Origin: Candidatus Bipolaricaulia bacterium
GTDB taxonomy: Bacteria > Bipolaricaulota > Bipolaricaulia > RBG-16-55-9
Assembly: GCA_042219045.1 (NCBI GenBank)
Contig: JBDGQO010000028.1
Coordinates: 1 to 14,132 of the forward strand
DNA: 14,132 bases
Direction: 5' to 3'
In this document: one piece after another, positions 7,129-14,132 of the stretch
How positions within the stretch are numbered: the first letter of the stretch is position 1
Layout: each line of letters starts with the position of its first letter
The notes under the pieces: generated by a model
What the model was told of the DNA's origin: nothing
The model's database searches: none
Seen by the model: the letters and a program-made list of their open reading frames with translations, nothing else
Program-made: the position numbers and the translations under genes

Positions 7129-7357
7129 GGGTAGTATGACGATTCGTGCGGAAATATACGCTAAGGCGGGAACGCGGATCGGTTGCAGAAGTCAGGGCTT
7201 ATGCGACGGTCGCAAACTCGACCGTTCCTGGATGACAAAGGTGGCAGAAATTACTGACCAATGCGATGGGGTCGCAAAAGATAGTGGTCCATCCCCTCCG
7301 TAGTCGATGGCCAAACCCGCTTACCGTATAAATTCACGCGAATCGTCGTGGTACCCT
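7128..7357. mobile_element. 230-bp non-autonomous Tn3-family miniature element (TIME/MITE)
   Basis: 38-bp imperfect terminal IRs: AGGGTAGTATGACGATTCGTGCGGAAATATACGCTAAG (7128-7165) and AGGGTACCACGACGATTCGCGTGAATTTATACGGTAAG (reverse complement of 7320-7357), 29/38 identical. Tn3-type GGG...ACGnTAAG pattern; no transposase; no 5-bp TSD. Confidence 0.8.
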
Positions 7358-8517
7358 GGATAGGGGGAGAAGGAGCTGCCCGTCCACTCCCAGACGTCGC
7401 TGAACACTCTCTGGGGGACCGACGACCGTGACCTCGGTTGCTCGGGGTCCAAAGGCGCCGGATGGAAGCGTCCGTCGTCGAGAAAGCGGCCCACGGCGTC
7501 GCGGGTTCCGTCGAGCGTCGCCGCGGCGACCTCCCACTCCGCCTCGGTCGGCAGTCGCGCGCCAGCCCAGCGGGCGTAGGCGTCGGCCTCAAAGAAACTG
7601 AGATGGACGACGGGCTCATGGGGGTCGAGCGGCCGCATGCCGCCGAGCGTGAAGAGTTGCCAGCGGCCCGCGCCGTCGCGTTCCCAGTAGAGCGACTGCG
7701 TCCGGCCCTCAGCCTCCAGGAGGTCCCATCCGGCGTCGAGCCACAGCTCCGGGCGCTCGTAGCCGCCGTCCTCGATGAATGCCAAGAATTCCCCATTGGT
7801 GACGGGCCTGGAGGCGACCTGGAAATCCTCCAGCCAGACGTGGTGGCGCGGCCGTTCATGGTCGAAGGCGAACGCCGCCCCCGAGTGGCCGATCTCATGG
7901 AGGCCGCCCTTAAAGCGATGCCAGCCGAGCGGAAGCGCCGCCGACGATGCCCCGTCGGCGTTCGATGAGCCTGATCGCTCGTCACGCGCCCGGTACGCGG
8001 GCCGCAGGGGGTTGCACCAGAACGCGTGCTTGAGGTCGCGCAGGATCAGCTCCTGGTGCTGTTGTTCGTGTTGGAGGGCGATCTCCAGCCGATGAGCCAA
8101 TTCGGCGTCAACTCGATCCGACTTGTCGCCCAACAGCCGGCGAATTCGCTCGCCGACGGCATGCCGATAGCGATAGACCTCGTCCAGGCTCGGCCGAGAC
8201 AGCACCCCACGCTGCCGGAGATCGAACCGCCGCCCGGTCGAGTGATAGTAGGAGTTGAACCAGTCGTAACGGGCGTCGACGGATTCGTAGTCGGGAAGGT
8301 GCCGCAGCACCATCGTCTCGGCAAACCAGGCCGTGTGGGCCAGGTGCCACTTGACCGGGCTGACGATCGTCGGCATGGACTGGACCAGGCAGTCCTCCGG
8401 CGTCAGCGGCTCGCACAAGCGCTCGGTGGTTCTCTGCCCTTGAGCGAAACGGGCGATGATCTCGCTTATCTCGGTCAAGGTCCGAGGCATCGCGAGCACC
8501 GTCGGCGGAGCTGCCAC
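7321..8517 (-). pseudogene. egtB: Ergothioneine biosynthesis sulfoxide synthase EgtB (DinB_2 + FGE-sulfatase), 3'-truncated
   Basis: QSMP..SPVKWHLAHTAWF, FNSYY, RGVLSRP, Fe-binding HEQQHQEL, RLPTEAEWE, DVWEWT..PYP. Homology stops at the element IR (7357), and the usual C-terminal EYNGKFM / VLRGGS / YRNF segment is absent. Start is GTG 8517 or ATG 8490. Confidence 0.88.
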
Positions 8518-8520
8518 GGG

Positions 8521-8943
8521 TCAGACCGCAGCCGACGCTGCCGTCTGCCGACGGACGTCGATCTCGATGCAGCCCTTGAGCGTGTTGGTGTTGATGCAGG
8601 CCCGCTCGGCGATCTCGATCACCTTCCCGAACAGCGCCTCGTCGGCCGGGTCCCCATAGACTTCCATCGTGGCCGACTGAAAGACAGTCGGATTGCCGCC
8701 CATCTCGCCGTGGACGACCACGCGCATGTCGTCGACCTGGAGATCTCGGGCGTTGGCCGCCTCGATGAGGTTGCTCATGAAGCAGCCGCCCAGCGCCAGC
8801 AGCAACATCTCGCCTCCGATGGGGCCGCGGTCGTGGCCGCCTTTCGCCTCGGGGCGATCGATGAGCACCCGGTGGTCCCGGGCGATGCCCTGTGACGTCG
8901 GCGTGTCCCCGATCTGTTGGATCTCAACGCTCGGATTGGCCAT
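8521..8943 (-). CDS. OsmC/Ohr-family (YhfA-like) protein, ~140 aa
   Basis: D.P...GG.D.GP..GEMLLLALGGC and a second Cys in AERACINTNTL; SD GGAGGT (ACCTCC at 8951-8956) supports ATG 8943. Confidence 0.9.
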   Translation of the reverse strand: MANPSVEIQQIGDTPTSQGIARDHRVLIDRPEAKGGHDRGPIGGEMLLLALGGCFMSNLIEAANARDLQVDDMRVVVHGEMGGNPTVFQSATMEVYGDPADEALFGKVIEIAERACINTNTLKGCIEIDVRRQTAASAAV

Positions 8944-8999
8944 GCCGATCACCTCCGTAGAAGATTGAACGCGGTTGAACCCGTTATGGCCGACTACCC

Positions 9000-9671
9000 T
9001 CAGAGCCTTTCGACCAGCTCGCCGAGATCGCGAACCGTCATATCGGGCTCATATCCCAGTTGCTCGGTGGGTTGCCCCGATCGATTGATCCAAGCCGTCC
9101 AGAAGCCGAAGCGTTTCGCCCCGGCCACGTCCCACCCATTGGCCGAGACGAAGCCGATCTCGTCGGCGCCGTATCCCAACCTCTGCAGGGCCAAGTCGTA
9201 GACGCGCGGGTTCGGCTTGAACGTCCCCACGGCGTCGACGCTGATGATCTCTGTGACGAGCGATTCCCAGCCGGCGTGCTCGACCAGTGACGCCAACATC
9301 GACGGCGTGCCGTTGGAGAGGATCGCCCGTACTGCCCCGGCCTCGCGCAGCTCCGTCAGGGCCGGCCCGGCGTCCGGGAACGGGTCGAGGCGGAGATAGG
9401 CGTTAATCAGGCGCTCACGACGGTCGGCGCCCAGCGTCACCTCGTGCGTCCGCGCGGCGTACGCCAGGGCGTCGGCCGTCACCTGCCAGAAGTCGATGTA
9501 GTCATCCATCAGGCCGCGCAGCCAGGTGTAGGCCAGCTGTTGGGCGCGCCAGGTTCGGCTAAGGGCTTCACCGTGGTTCGGGAACGCTGCCTCACAGGCG
9601 CGGGTGATGGAGCCCTCGACGTCGAAGAGCGTCCCGTAGGCGTCAAACGCGAGGACCGGGAAGCGGGTCAT
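9000..9671 (-). CDS. Haloacid dehalogenase, type II (L-2-haloalkanoic acid dehalogenase family), ~223 aa
   Basis: LAFDAYGTLFDV, WRAQQLAYTW, ILSNG, FKPNPRVY, FVSANGWDVAGAKRFGF..AWINR; ATGA overlap with the upstream stop. Confidence 0.94.
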   Translation of the reverse strand: MTRFPVLAFDAYGTLFDVEGSITRACEAAFPNHGEALSRTWRAQQLAYTWLRGLMDDYIDFWQVTADALAYAARTHEVTLGADRRERLINAYLRLDPFPDAGPALTELREAGAVRAILSNGTPSMLASLVEHAGWESLVTEIISVDAVGTFKPNPRVYDLALQRLGYGADEIGFVSANGWDVAGAKRFGFWTAWINRSGQPTEQLGYEPDMTVRDLGELVERL

Positions 9672-10546
9672 GACGCATCCTCTCCCGTCAGCTCGCCAGA
9701 CAATGACGGCGGGAACGTCCGCTCGCCGTCCACATAGACGTCGACGACCTCGTCGTAGAAACAGATCAGTCCGGCGATGGAGAGCGCTTCCGGGCTCGGG
9801 TGTTCGTAGCACCAGGCGGCGTCCTCGAGCGTCGCCTCATCAAGCGGGACCGACCAGTAGCGTGACGTCACGCCCTTGTAGGGACAGGCGGTCTCGCTGT
9901 CGGTCGGGACCAACGCCTCCAGGTTGACGTCGGCCTTCGGCAGGTAGTAGCGCGTCGGCAGACCCGTCTCGAACAGCAATCGAGGGCGATGCGAGTCGGC
10001 CAACTTCACGCCGTTGGCCCAGACCTCGACGTGGCGCGAGCTCGGCCGCACGTCAATGCGGGTGTAGGGGTCCTTCGGGTGGACGAGGATCTGCTCGTCC
10101 TCCTCGAACCAGGCGTCCAAGGCGTGCCAGTCGAAGGCGATCAACCCGCTCAGATCGAGGCCGTCGTTCAGGCGGGCCGGATAGGCCCACGCGCCATGCT
10201 CGACCGTGCGCTCGCCCACTTGGATGGACCAGTAGCGCGCGTCGCCCTTGCGCGGACAGTGGGTCGTGCGATCCGTGGGGACCAGGAGGTCCGTCCGGAC
10301 GTCGTCGACGGGGAAGTAATAGACCGGCGTGTGGCCCGTCTCGTGGAGCAGCATCGTCCGGTCGCTGTCCACGAGGGTTTCTCCTGCGTACCGTCCACGG
10401 ACCCGGCGCGGAAACGCCTCGAGGGCCAGACCCCGTTCTGGATCCGTCTGTTCCGGAACTCGGTCCGTTGTTGCCCGCACGGCAGGGGCGAGCCCCGAGG
10501 CGACGCGAACGTCGGAGCGGGCTCTGTGGCGGTCGGGCTCAGACAT
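9668..10546 (-). CDS. Tandem DUF427 domain protein, ~292 aa
   Basis: Two repeats of L.ETG.P..YY.P..DV....L.P....T.CP.KG...YWS...AW.Y; central HPKDPYTRID linker; SD GGAG and 8-nt overlap with the upstream gene. Confidence 0.92.
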   Translation of the reverse strand: MSEPDRHRARSDVRVASGLAPAVRATTDRVPEQTDPERGLALEAFPRRVRGRYAGETLVDSDRTMLLHETGHTPVYYFPVDDVRTDLLVPTDRTTHCPRKGDARYWSIQVGERTVEHGAWAYPARLNDGLDLSGLIAFDWHALDAWFEEDEQILVHPKDPYTRIDVRPSSRHVEVWANGVKLADSHRPRLLFETGLPTRYYLPKADVNLEALVPTDSETACPYKGVTSRYWSVPLDEATLEDAAWCYEHPSPEALSIAGLICFYDEVVDVYVDGERTFPPSLSGELTGEDAS

Positions 10547-10895
10547 GGGGGTCTCCCGAGGCGCCGAGGTGCATCGCCCCCCAGGCGAAGAGCGCATCCA
10601 GCGCGGGCTCGAGGTCGCGGGCTTTCCACGTTGGGTGGTACTCCCAGCGCGGCGGATGCTCGTGATAGAGCCTCCGGCAGACGAGTCCGCTGCGCTCGAG
10701 GCGCTTGAGCCGATCGGCCAACACGTTGGTCGGAATCCCTTCCGGCGACGCTTGGAACTCGCCGTAGCGTCGCTTGTCGAACTTGAGCATGTCCCGAACG
10801 ACGATGAGCGTCCAGCGGTCGCCCAACAGATCGAGCGTGCGGGCGATGGGACAGTCGGATCGCTCGGGGACGGCGTTCGTTTCGCTCGATGTCAT
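10539..10895 (-). CDS. HxlR/DUF24-family winged-helix transcriptional regulator, ~118 aa
   Basis: CPIARTLDLLGDRWTLIVVRDM, GIPTNVLADRLKRLE..GLV, PPRWEY..T; SD GAGGAG upstream of ATG 10895. Confidence 0.94.
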   Translation of the reverse strand: MTSSETNAVPERSDCPIARTLDLLGDRWTLIVVRDMLKFDKRRYGEFQASPEGIPTNVLADRLKRLERSGLVCRRLYHEHPPRWEYHPTWKARDLEPALDALFAWGAMHLGASGDPHV

Positions 10896-10947
10896 TGACG
10901 GGCTCCTCGGTGTATCCACGTCATCGTCGACGTCATCGTCATGATAT

Positions 10948-11034
10948 GACTTGCCGAATGCAAGTCCTGTAAGCCGACTTACAGAAACCGCGCTGTCGAC
11001 CCGTTATCGTCGAATCCGCTTGCACGCTGCAAGC
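10948..11034. promoter_or_regulatory. Operator palindromes in the hxlR-like/ahpD-like divergent intergenic region
   Basis: GACTTGC-cgaat-GCAAGTC at 10948-10966 and GCTTGCA-cgc-TGCAAGC at 11018-11034 (both CTTGC-N5-GCAAG), plus CTGTAAG-ccga-CTTACAG at 10967-10984. Confidence 0.7.
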
Positions 11035-11083
11035 CACTGGAACCGACATGCAACTTCATAAACCTAGAGGAGGGACAAGACCC

Positions 11084-11683
11084 ATGGCCACCGCCCAGAA
11101 GACAATGTGGTTCGAGAAGCACGCCCCGGAGATGGCCGCCAAGTGGGACGCGTTCGGCGACGCGATCAACGAGGGCGAACTCGACGCCAAAACGCGCGAG
11201 CTGATCACCGTGGCCGCCACGACGGTGCTGCGCTGCAATCATTGCACCAAGGCCCACATCCATCGGGCCAAACAGGCCGACGCCGACGAGGAGGAGATCT
11301 CCGAGGCGCTCATGGTCGCGTCGCTGATCTCGAGCGGCACCCAATTGTTCTGGATGACCGAGGACTACGAGAAGCTGCTCGGCCAGAACGGGGACGCGCC
11401 CTGGTTCGCCGAGCAGACCGACTCGATGGGGAACGAATGGCTCAAGTTCCACGATAAGGTCTACGAAGACAGCGCCCTCGACCGCAAGACGAAGGAGCTC
11501 ATCGCCACGGCCGTGGCGACGCTCGAGCGCTGCACCCACTGCACCAAGGGCCACATCCAGGGCAGCCTGGAGCACGGCGCCAGCAAGGCCGAAGTGAGCG
11601 AAGCGATCATGGTCGCATCCTTCTTCGCCGCCACCACCCAACTGATGTGGATGATCGAGGACTACGAACAGCTGTTGGGCTGA
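11084..11683 (+). CDS. Carboxymuconolactone decarboxylase / AhpD-like protein with two tandem CxxC domains, ~199 aa
   Basis: LDAKTRELI...RCNHCTKAHI and LDRKTKELI...RCTHCTKGHI; both halves end in EDYE(K/Q)LLG; SD GAGGAGG before ATG 11084. Confidence 0.93.
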   Translation: MATAQKTMWFEKHAPEMAAKWDAFGDAINEGELDAKTRELITVAATTVLRCNHCTKAHIHRAKQADADEEEISEALMVASLISSGTQLFWMTEDYEKLLGQNGDAPWFAEQTDSMGNEWLKFHDKVYEDSALDRKTKELIATAVATLERCTHCTKGHIQGSLEHGASKAEVSEAIMVASFFAATTQLMWMIEDYEQLLG

Positions 11684-11724
11684 CGATCGGCCCATGCCAA
11701 AGCGATACGCGAAAGGATTTGCCC

Positions 11725-12882
11725 ATGACGTCGACTCGCTATCCCCGGCTCTTCTCGCCGTTGCGGCTTGGACCGCTGGCGCCGGCCAATCGCACGGTCG
11801 TCGCGCCGATGACGCGCACGAGCGCCACGGATGACGGCCGCGCCACCGCGGAGATGGCCGACTACTACGCCCGCTACGCCCGCGGCGGCTTCGGCCTGAT
11901 CGTCACGGAAGGGACCTACATCGACGAGGCCCATAGCCAGGGCTACGCCCGCCAACCGGGGCTGGCCCACGACGCTCACGTCGACGCTTGGCGAGCGGTC
12001 ACCGACGCCGTCCACGCGGAGGGCGGCGCGGTCTTCGCCCAACTGATGCATGCGGGGGCGCTGGCCCAGTTCAACCCCTATCGCGACGAGACCGTCGCCC
12101 CCTCAGCGTTCCGGCCGCCGGGCGAGCAACTGTCCAACTACGGCGGCAGCGGGCCTTACCCGACGGCACGCGCCCTGACGTACCCGGAGCTGGACGAGGT
12201 CCGTCGGGCGTTTGCCGAGGCGGCCGTGCGCGCTCGCGACGCCGGCTTCGACGGCATTGAACTCCACGGGGCGAACGGCTACCTGCTTGACCAGTTTCTG
12301 ACGGCCTATATCAACGACCGCGAGGACGCCTACGGCGGCCCCGTTGAGCGCCGCGTCCGCTTCCCCAGCGAGGTCGTTCAGGCCGTCCGCGAGGCCGTCG
12401 GGGCCGATTTTCCGATCGGCATCCGCATCTCGCAGGCGAAGGTGAACGACCCCGAGCACCGCTGGCCCGGCGGCGAGCGCGACGCGGCCGTGATCTTCAG
12501 CGCGTTGGCCGAGGCCGGCGTCGACGTCATCCACACGACCGAGCCCGACGCGCTCGCGCCCGCGTTCGGCGACGACCATAGCGAGGGCGCGACGCTCGCC
12601 GCACTGGCGAAGCGTTACGCCGACGTGACGGTGATCGCCAACGGCGATCTGGCCGATCCGGAGCGGGCCGAAGCGGCCGTCACGGACGACGCGGCGGACT
12701 TGGTCGCACTGGCACGAGCCGCGCTCATCAACCCGGATTGGCCGCGGCGCGTGGCCGACGGACAGCCGTTGCAGGCCTTCGATCCGGGGGTCGTCACGCC
12801 GGCGGCGACGCTGGCCAACCAGCGGGCTTGGGAACGGCGCCGGTCGGCGGAGACGGTGGCCGTTGGCCACAGCGGCAATTGA
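11725..12882 (+). CDS. NADH:flavin oxidoreductase, Old Yellow Enzyme family, ~385 aa
   Basis: LFSPLRLG...NRTVVAPMTR, YARGGFGLIVTEG, QLMHAG, AGFDGIELHGANGYLLDQFL...N.R.D.YGG, ADLVALAR..L.NPDW; SD AAAGGA before ATG 11725. Confidence 0.95.
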   Translation: MTSTRYPRLFSPLRLGPLAPANRTVVAPMTRTSATDDGRATAEMADYYARYARGGFGLIVTEGTYIDEAHSQGYARQPGLAHDAHVDAWRAVTDAVHAEGGAVFAQLMHAGALAQFNPYRDETVAPSAFRPPGEQLSNYGGSGPYPTARALTYPELDEVRRAFAEAAVRARDAGFDGIELHGANGYLLDQFLTAYINDREDAYGGPVERRVRFPSEVVQAVREAVGADFPIGIRISQAKVNDPEHRWPGGERDAAVIFSALAEAGVDVIHTTEPDALAPAFGDDHSEGATLAALAKRYADVTVIANGDLADPERAEAAVTDDAADLVALARAALINPDWPRRVADGQPLQAFDPGVVTPAATLANQRAWERRRSAETVAVGHSGN

Positions 12883-12964
12883 TCCCCGATCCCCAATTGG
12901 CGACAGGACGGCTCGTTCTGGCGATCATGGCTCGGGTCGGCTAGGGTCCCCCTGGGGTGATCCG

Positions 12965-13183
12965 ATGGTGGAGCAAAGATCGGAGCCACAGAAGAGACCG
13001 AACATCGACATCGTCCGCGACCTGAAGGCGAACGAGCAGAAGCTGGCGCTCCATCTAGAGAACGGCGAATCTCTGACGGGCACGATCGCGCTCTTCGACC
13101 GCTACAATCTCCTCTTTGACGACGAGGGTGGCAAGCGCTATTGGGTGCCGAAGGGCGCGGTGGCGTATGCCGAACTGCTGTGA
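12965..13183 (+). CDS. hfq: Divergent Hfq/Sm-like protein, 72 aa
   Basis: Sm1-like LHLENGESLTGTIALFDRYNLL (compare Hfq [21 protein letters not shown]) and Sm2-like WVPKGAV (compare MVYKHAI); SD GGGGTGA before ATG 12965. Confidence 0.65.
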   Translation: MVEQRSEPQKRPNIDIVRDLKANEQKLALHLENGESLTGTIALFDRYNLLFDDEGGKRYWVPKGAVAYAELL

Positions 13184-13210
13184 GTCGACTCACGGGGAGC
13201 AGAGCGCCGT

Positions 13211-13239
13211 TTGTCGAGACGTATCGATAACGCTACACT
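13211..13239 (+). promoter_or_regulatory. Sigma70-type promoter of the DUF4160 operon
   Basis: TTGTCG (13211-13216) - 17 bp - TACACT (13234-13239), with palindrome TATCGATA (13222-13229) in the spacer. Confidence 0.55.
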
Positions 13240-13255
13240 TGGTCCGTGACGGCCC

Positions 13256-13501
13256 GTGCCGACCGTAGCCCGAGACGGCGAGTTCGCCTTCATCGTGCAC
13301 ACGCGGGAGCTGCCCTTCGAGCCGCCCCACGTTCACGTCGTCTTCGGGGGCGACGAGGTCCGCATCGAGCTCGGCGCCAACCTCTTCATGGAAGCCCCGC
13401 CCGAAGGCAAGCGCCGGGCCATCTTGAAAGCCTATGAGCGGCATGTGGACGAGATCCGCAGAATCTGGGAAGAGATCCATGGCTCCTTGGAAGAGGGTTG
13501 A
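13256..13501 (+). CDS. DUF4160 domain protein (putative type II toxin-antitoxin component)
   Basis: MPTV.R.G.F.F.V...E...EPPHVHV..G and C-terminal WEEIHG are typical of DUF4160; GTG start. Confidence 0.85.
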   Translation: MPTVARDGEFAFIVHTRELPFEPPHVHVVFGGDEVRIELGANLFMEAPPEGKRRAILKAYERHVDEIRRIWEEIHGSLEEG

Positions 13502-13504
13502 TCC

Positions 13505-13999
13505 ATGACGACGGCCACGACCTACGTGCACGGTGCGGAGCGCATGGTGACCGCCGCCCGACTGACCTCGAGTGGGCTCTACGTTCGATTCGCCGACGAG
13601 CGCGAGGGCGTCATTCCGTTCCGCGATCTCAAGCTCTCCGGCGAAGCGGATCACGTCATGCTCCCGCGGCCCCACGTTATTGAGATCCATCTGGCCGACG
13701 GCAGCGTTGAAGAGGTCCCGTGGGACTTTGCCCGCCACTACGCCGACGACGGTTATCGGGCACGATCCGAAGCCCTCGCCCAGCGCGGACGGCAGGTTTT
13801 CGGCGACCGGCTCAAGGCCCTGCGCGTGGAGAGCGGCCTGACCCAGGCGTCGCTGGCGGGGCGCGCCGGGATCAACCGCGTCACGATCGCTCGGATTGAG
13901 TCGGGTGAACAGCTTCCGCGGTATCAGACGCTTTCCGCCTTGGCCGAGGCGCTTGGGCTCCCCATCGAGCGGCTGTTGGTGGGCGAGGACGCCGACTGA
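13505..13999 (+). CDS. XRE-family HTH regulator with N-terminal DUF2442-like domain (putative antitoxin)
   Basis: N-terminal LYVRFADEREGVIPF resembles the DUF2442 L.V.F.DG motif. C-terminal FGDRLKALRVESGLTQASLAGRAGINRVTIARIESG...P....L.ALAEALG is an HTH_3. Starts 3 nt after the DUF4160 stop. Confidence 0.85.
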   Translation: MTTATTYVHGAERMVTAARLTSSGLYVRFADEREGVIPFRDLKLSGEADHVMLPRPHVIEIHLADGSVEEVPWDFARHYADDGYRARSEALAQRGRQVFGDRLKALRVESGLTQASLAGRAGINRVTIARIESGEQLPRYQTLSALAEALGLPIERLLVGEDAD

Positions 14000-14132
14000 G
14001 AGCCGTCGTCCTTGGAGCGCAAGCGGAGTGGCCCGCGCGGTCTGCGTGAGCGGCGAGGCCAAGTTAGACTTTACGATACGTATTTGCTCCGAAGGCGGCC
14101 CCGAGAAACCTTGACCCCTTGGCGAGCGGGGT

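Noticed and set aside
7054..8517. Selenium system (selenoprotein Rdx, selenoneine SenA)
   Set aside because: The Rdx motif is encoded as CxxC with TGC codons and no in-frame TGA. No senB, senC or selD is in the window, so SenA cannot be argued over EgtB.
8965..8980. TTGAAC direct repeat (10-bp period) between the osmC-like and HAD genes
   Set aside because: Only two short copies inside an apparent operon, with no supporting promoter elements.
661..14062. Long antisense or alternate-frame ORFs (e.g. 661-1617, 3462-4586, 5443-6684, 5589-6692, 8026-8895, 10979-11695, 12103-12870, 13190-14062)
   Set aside because: Shadow ORFs of well-supported genes, expected in high-GC DNA; no family motifs.
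16..14088. 9-bp GTATTTGCT at both window ends (16-24 and 14080-14088) as att-like repeats
   Set aside because: Too short, with no integrase or tRNA nearby; compatible with chance.
1..14132. CRISPR array, tRNA/rRNA, integron attC sites, Rho-independent terminators
   Set aside because: No regularly spaced repeats, cloverleafs, RYYYAAC/GTTRRRY-bounded palindromes or convincing hairpin-plus-U-tract were seen.

Overview
GC-rich bacterial accessory/stress region. On the + strand: an OmpR-family response regulator and HAMP histidine kinase (177-2286), then a promoter with four helically phased TTAA boxes ahead of a small stand-alone ATP-cone + double-psi-barrel-like protein (2399-2890). A 440-bp non-coding gap holds two diverged, stem-closed ~120-nt units. 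An apparent operon follows: DHA2-type MFS, an unannotated 30-aa membrane peptide, a Crp/Fnr regulator and an MHS-type MFS (3331-6915). 6916-7357 is a decayed zone: a frameshifted DUF1232 relic, a truncated SelW/Rdx CxxC gene, and a 230-bp Tn3-type miniature element whose two 38-bp IRs cut the Rdx gene and egtB. The right half is a divergon with shared CTTGC-N5-GCAAG palindromes: hxlR-like, tandem DUF427, haloacid dehalogenase, OsmC and truncated egtB on the - strand, versus tandem AhpD/CMD and Old Yellow Enzyme on the + strand. It ends with a divergent Hfq/Sm-like gene and a DUF4160 / DUF2442-XRE putative toxin-antitoxin pair. No tRNA, rRNA or CRISPR array was seen. All family calls are from motif recognition by eye, not database searches.
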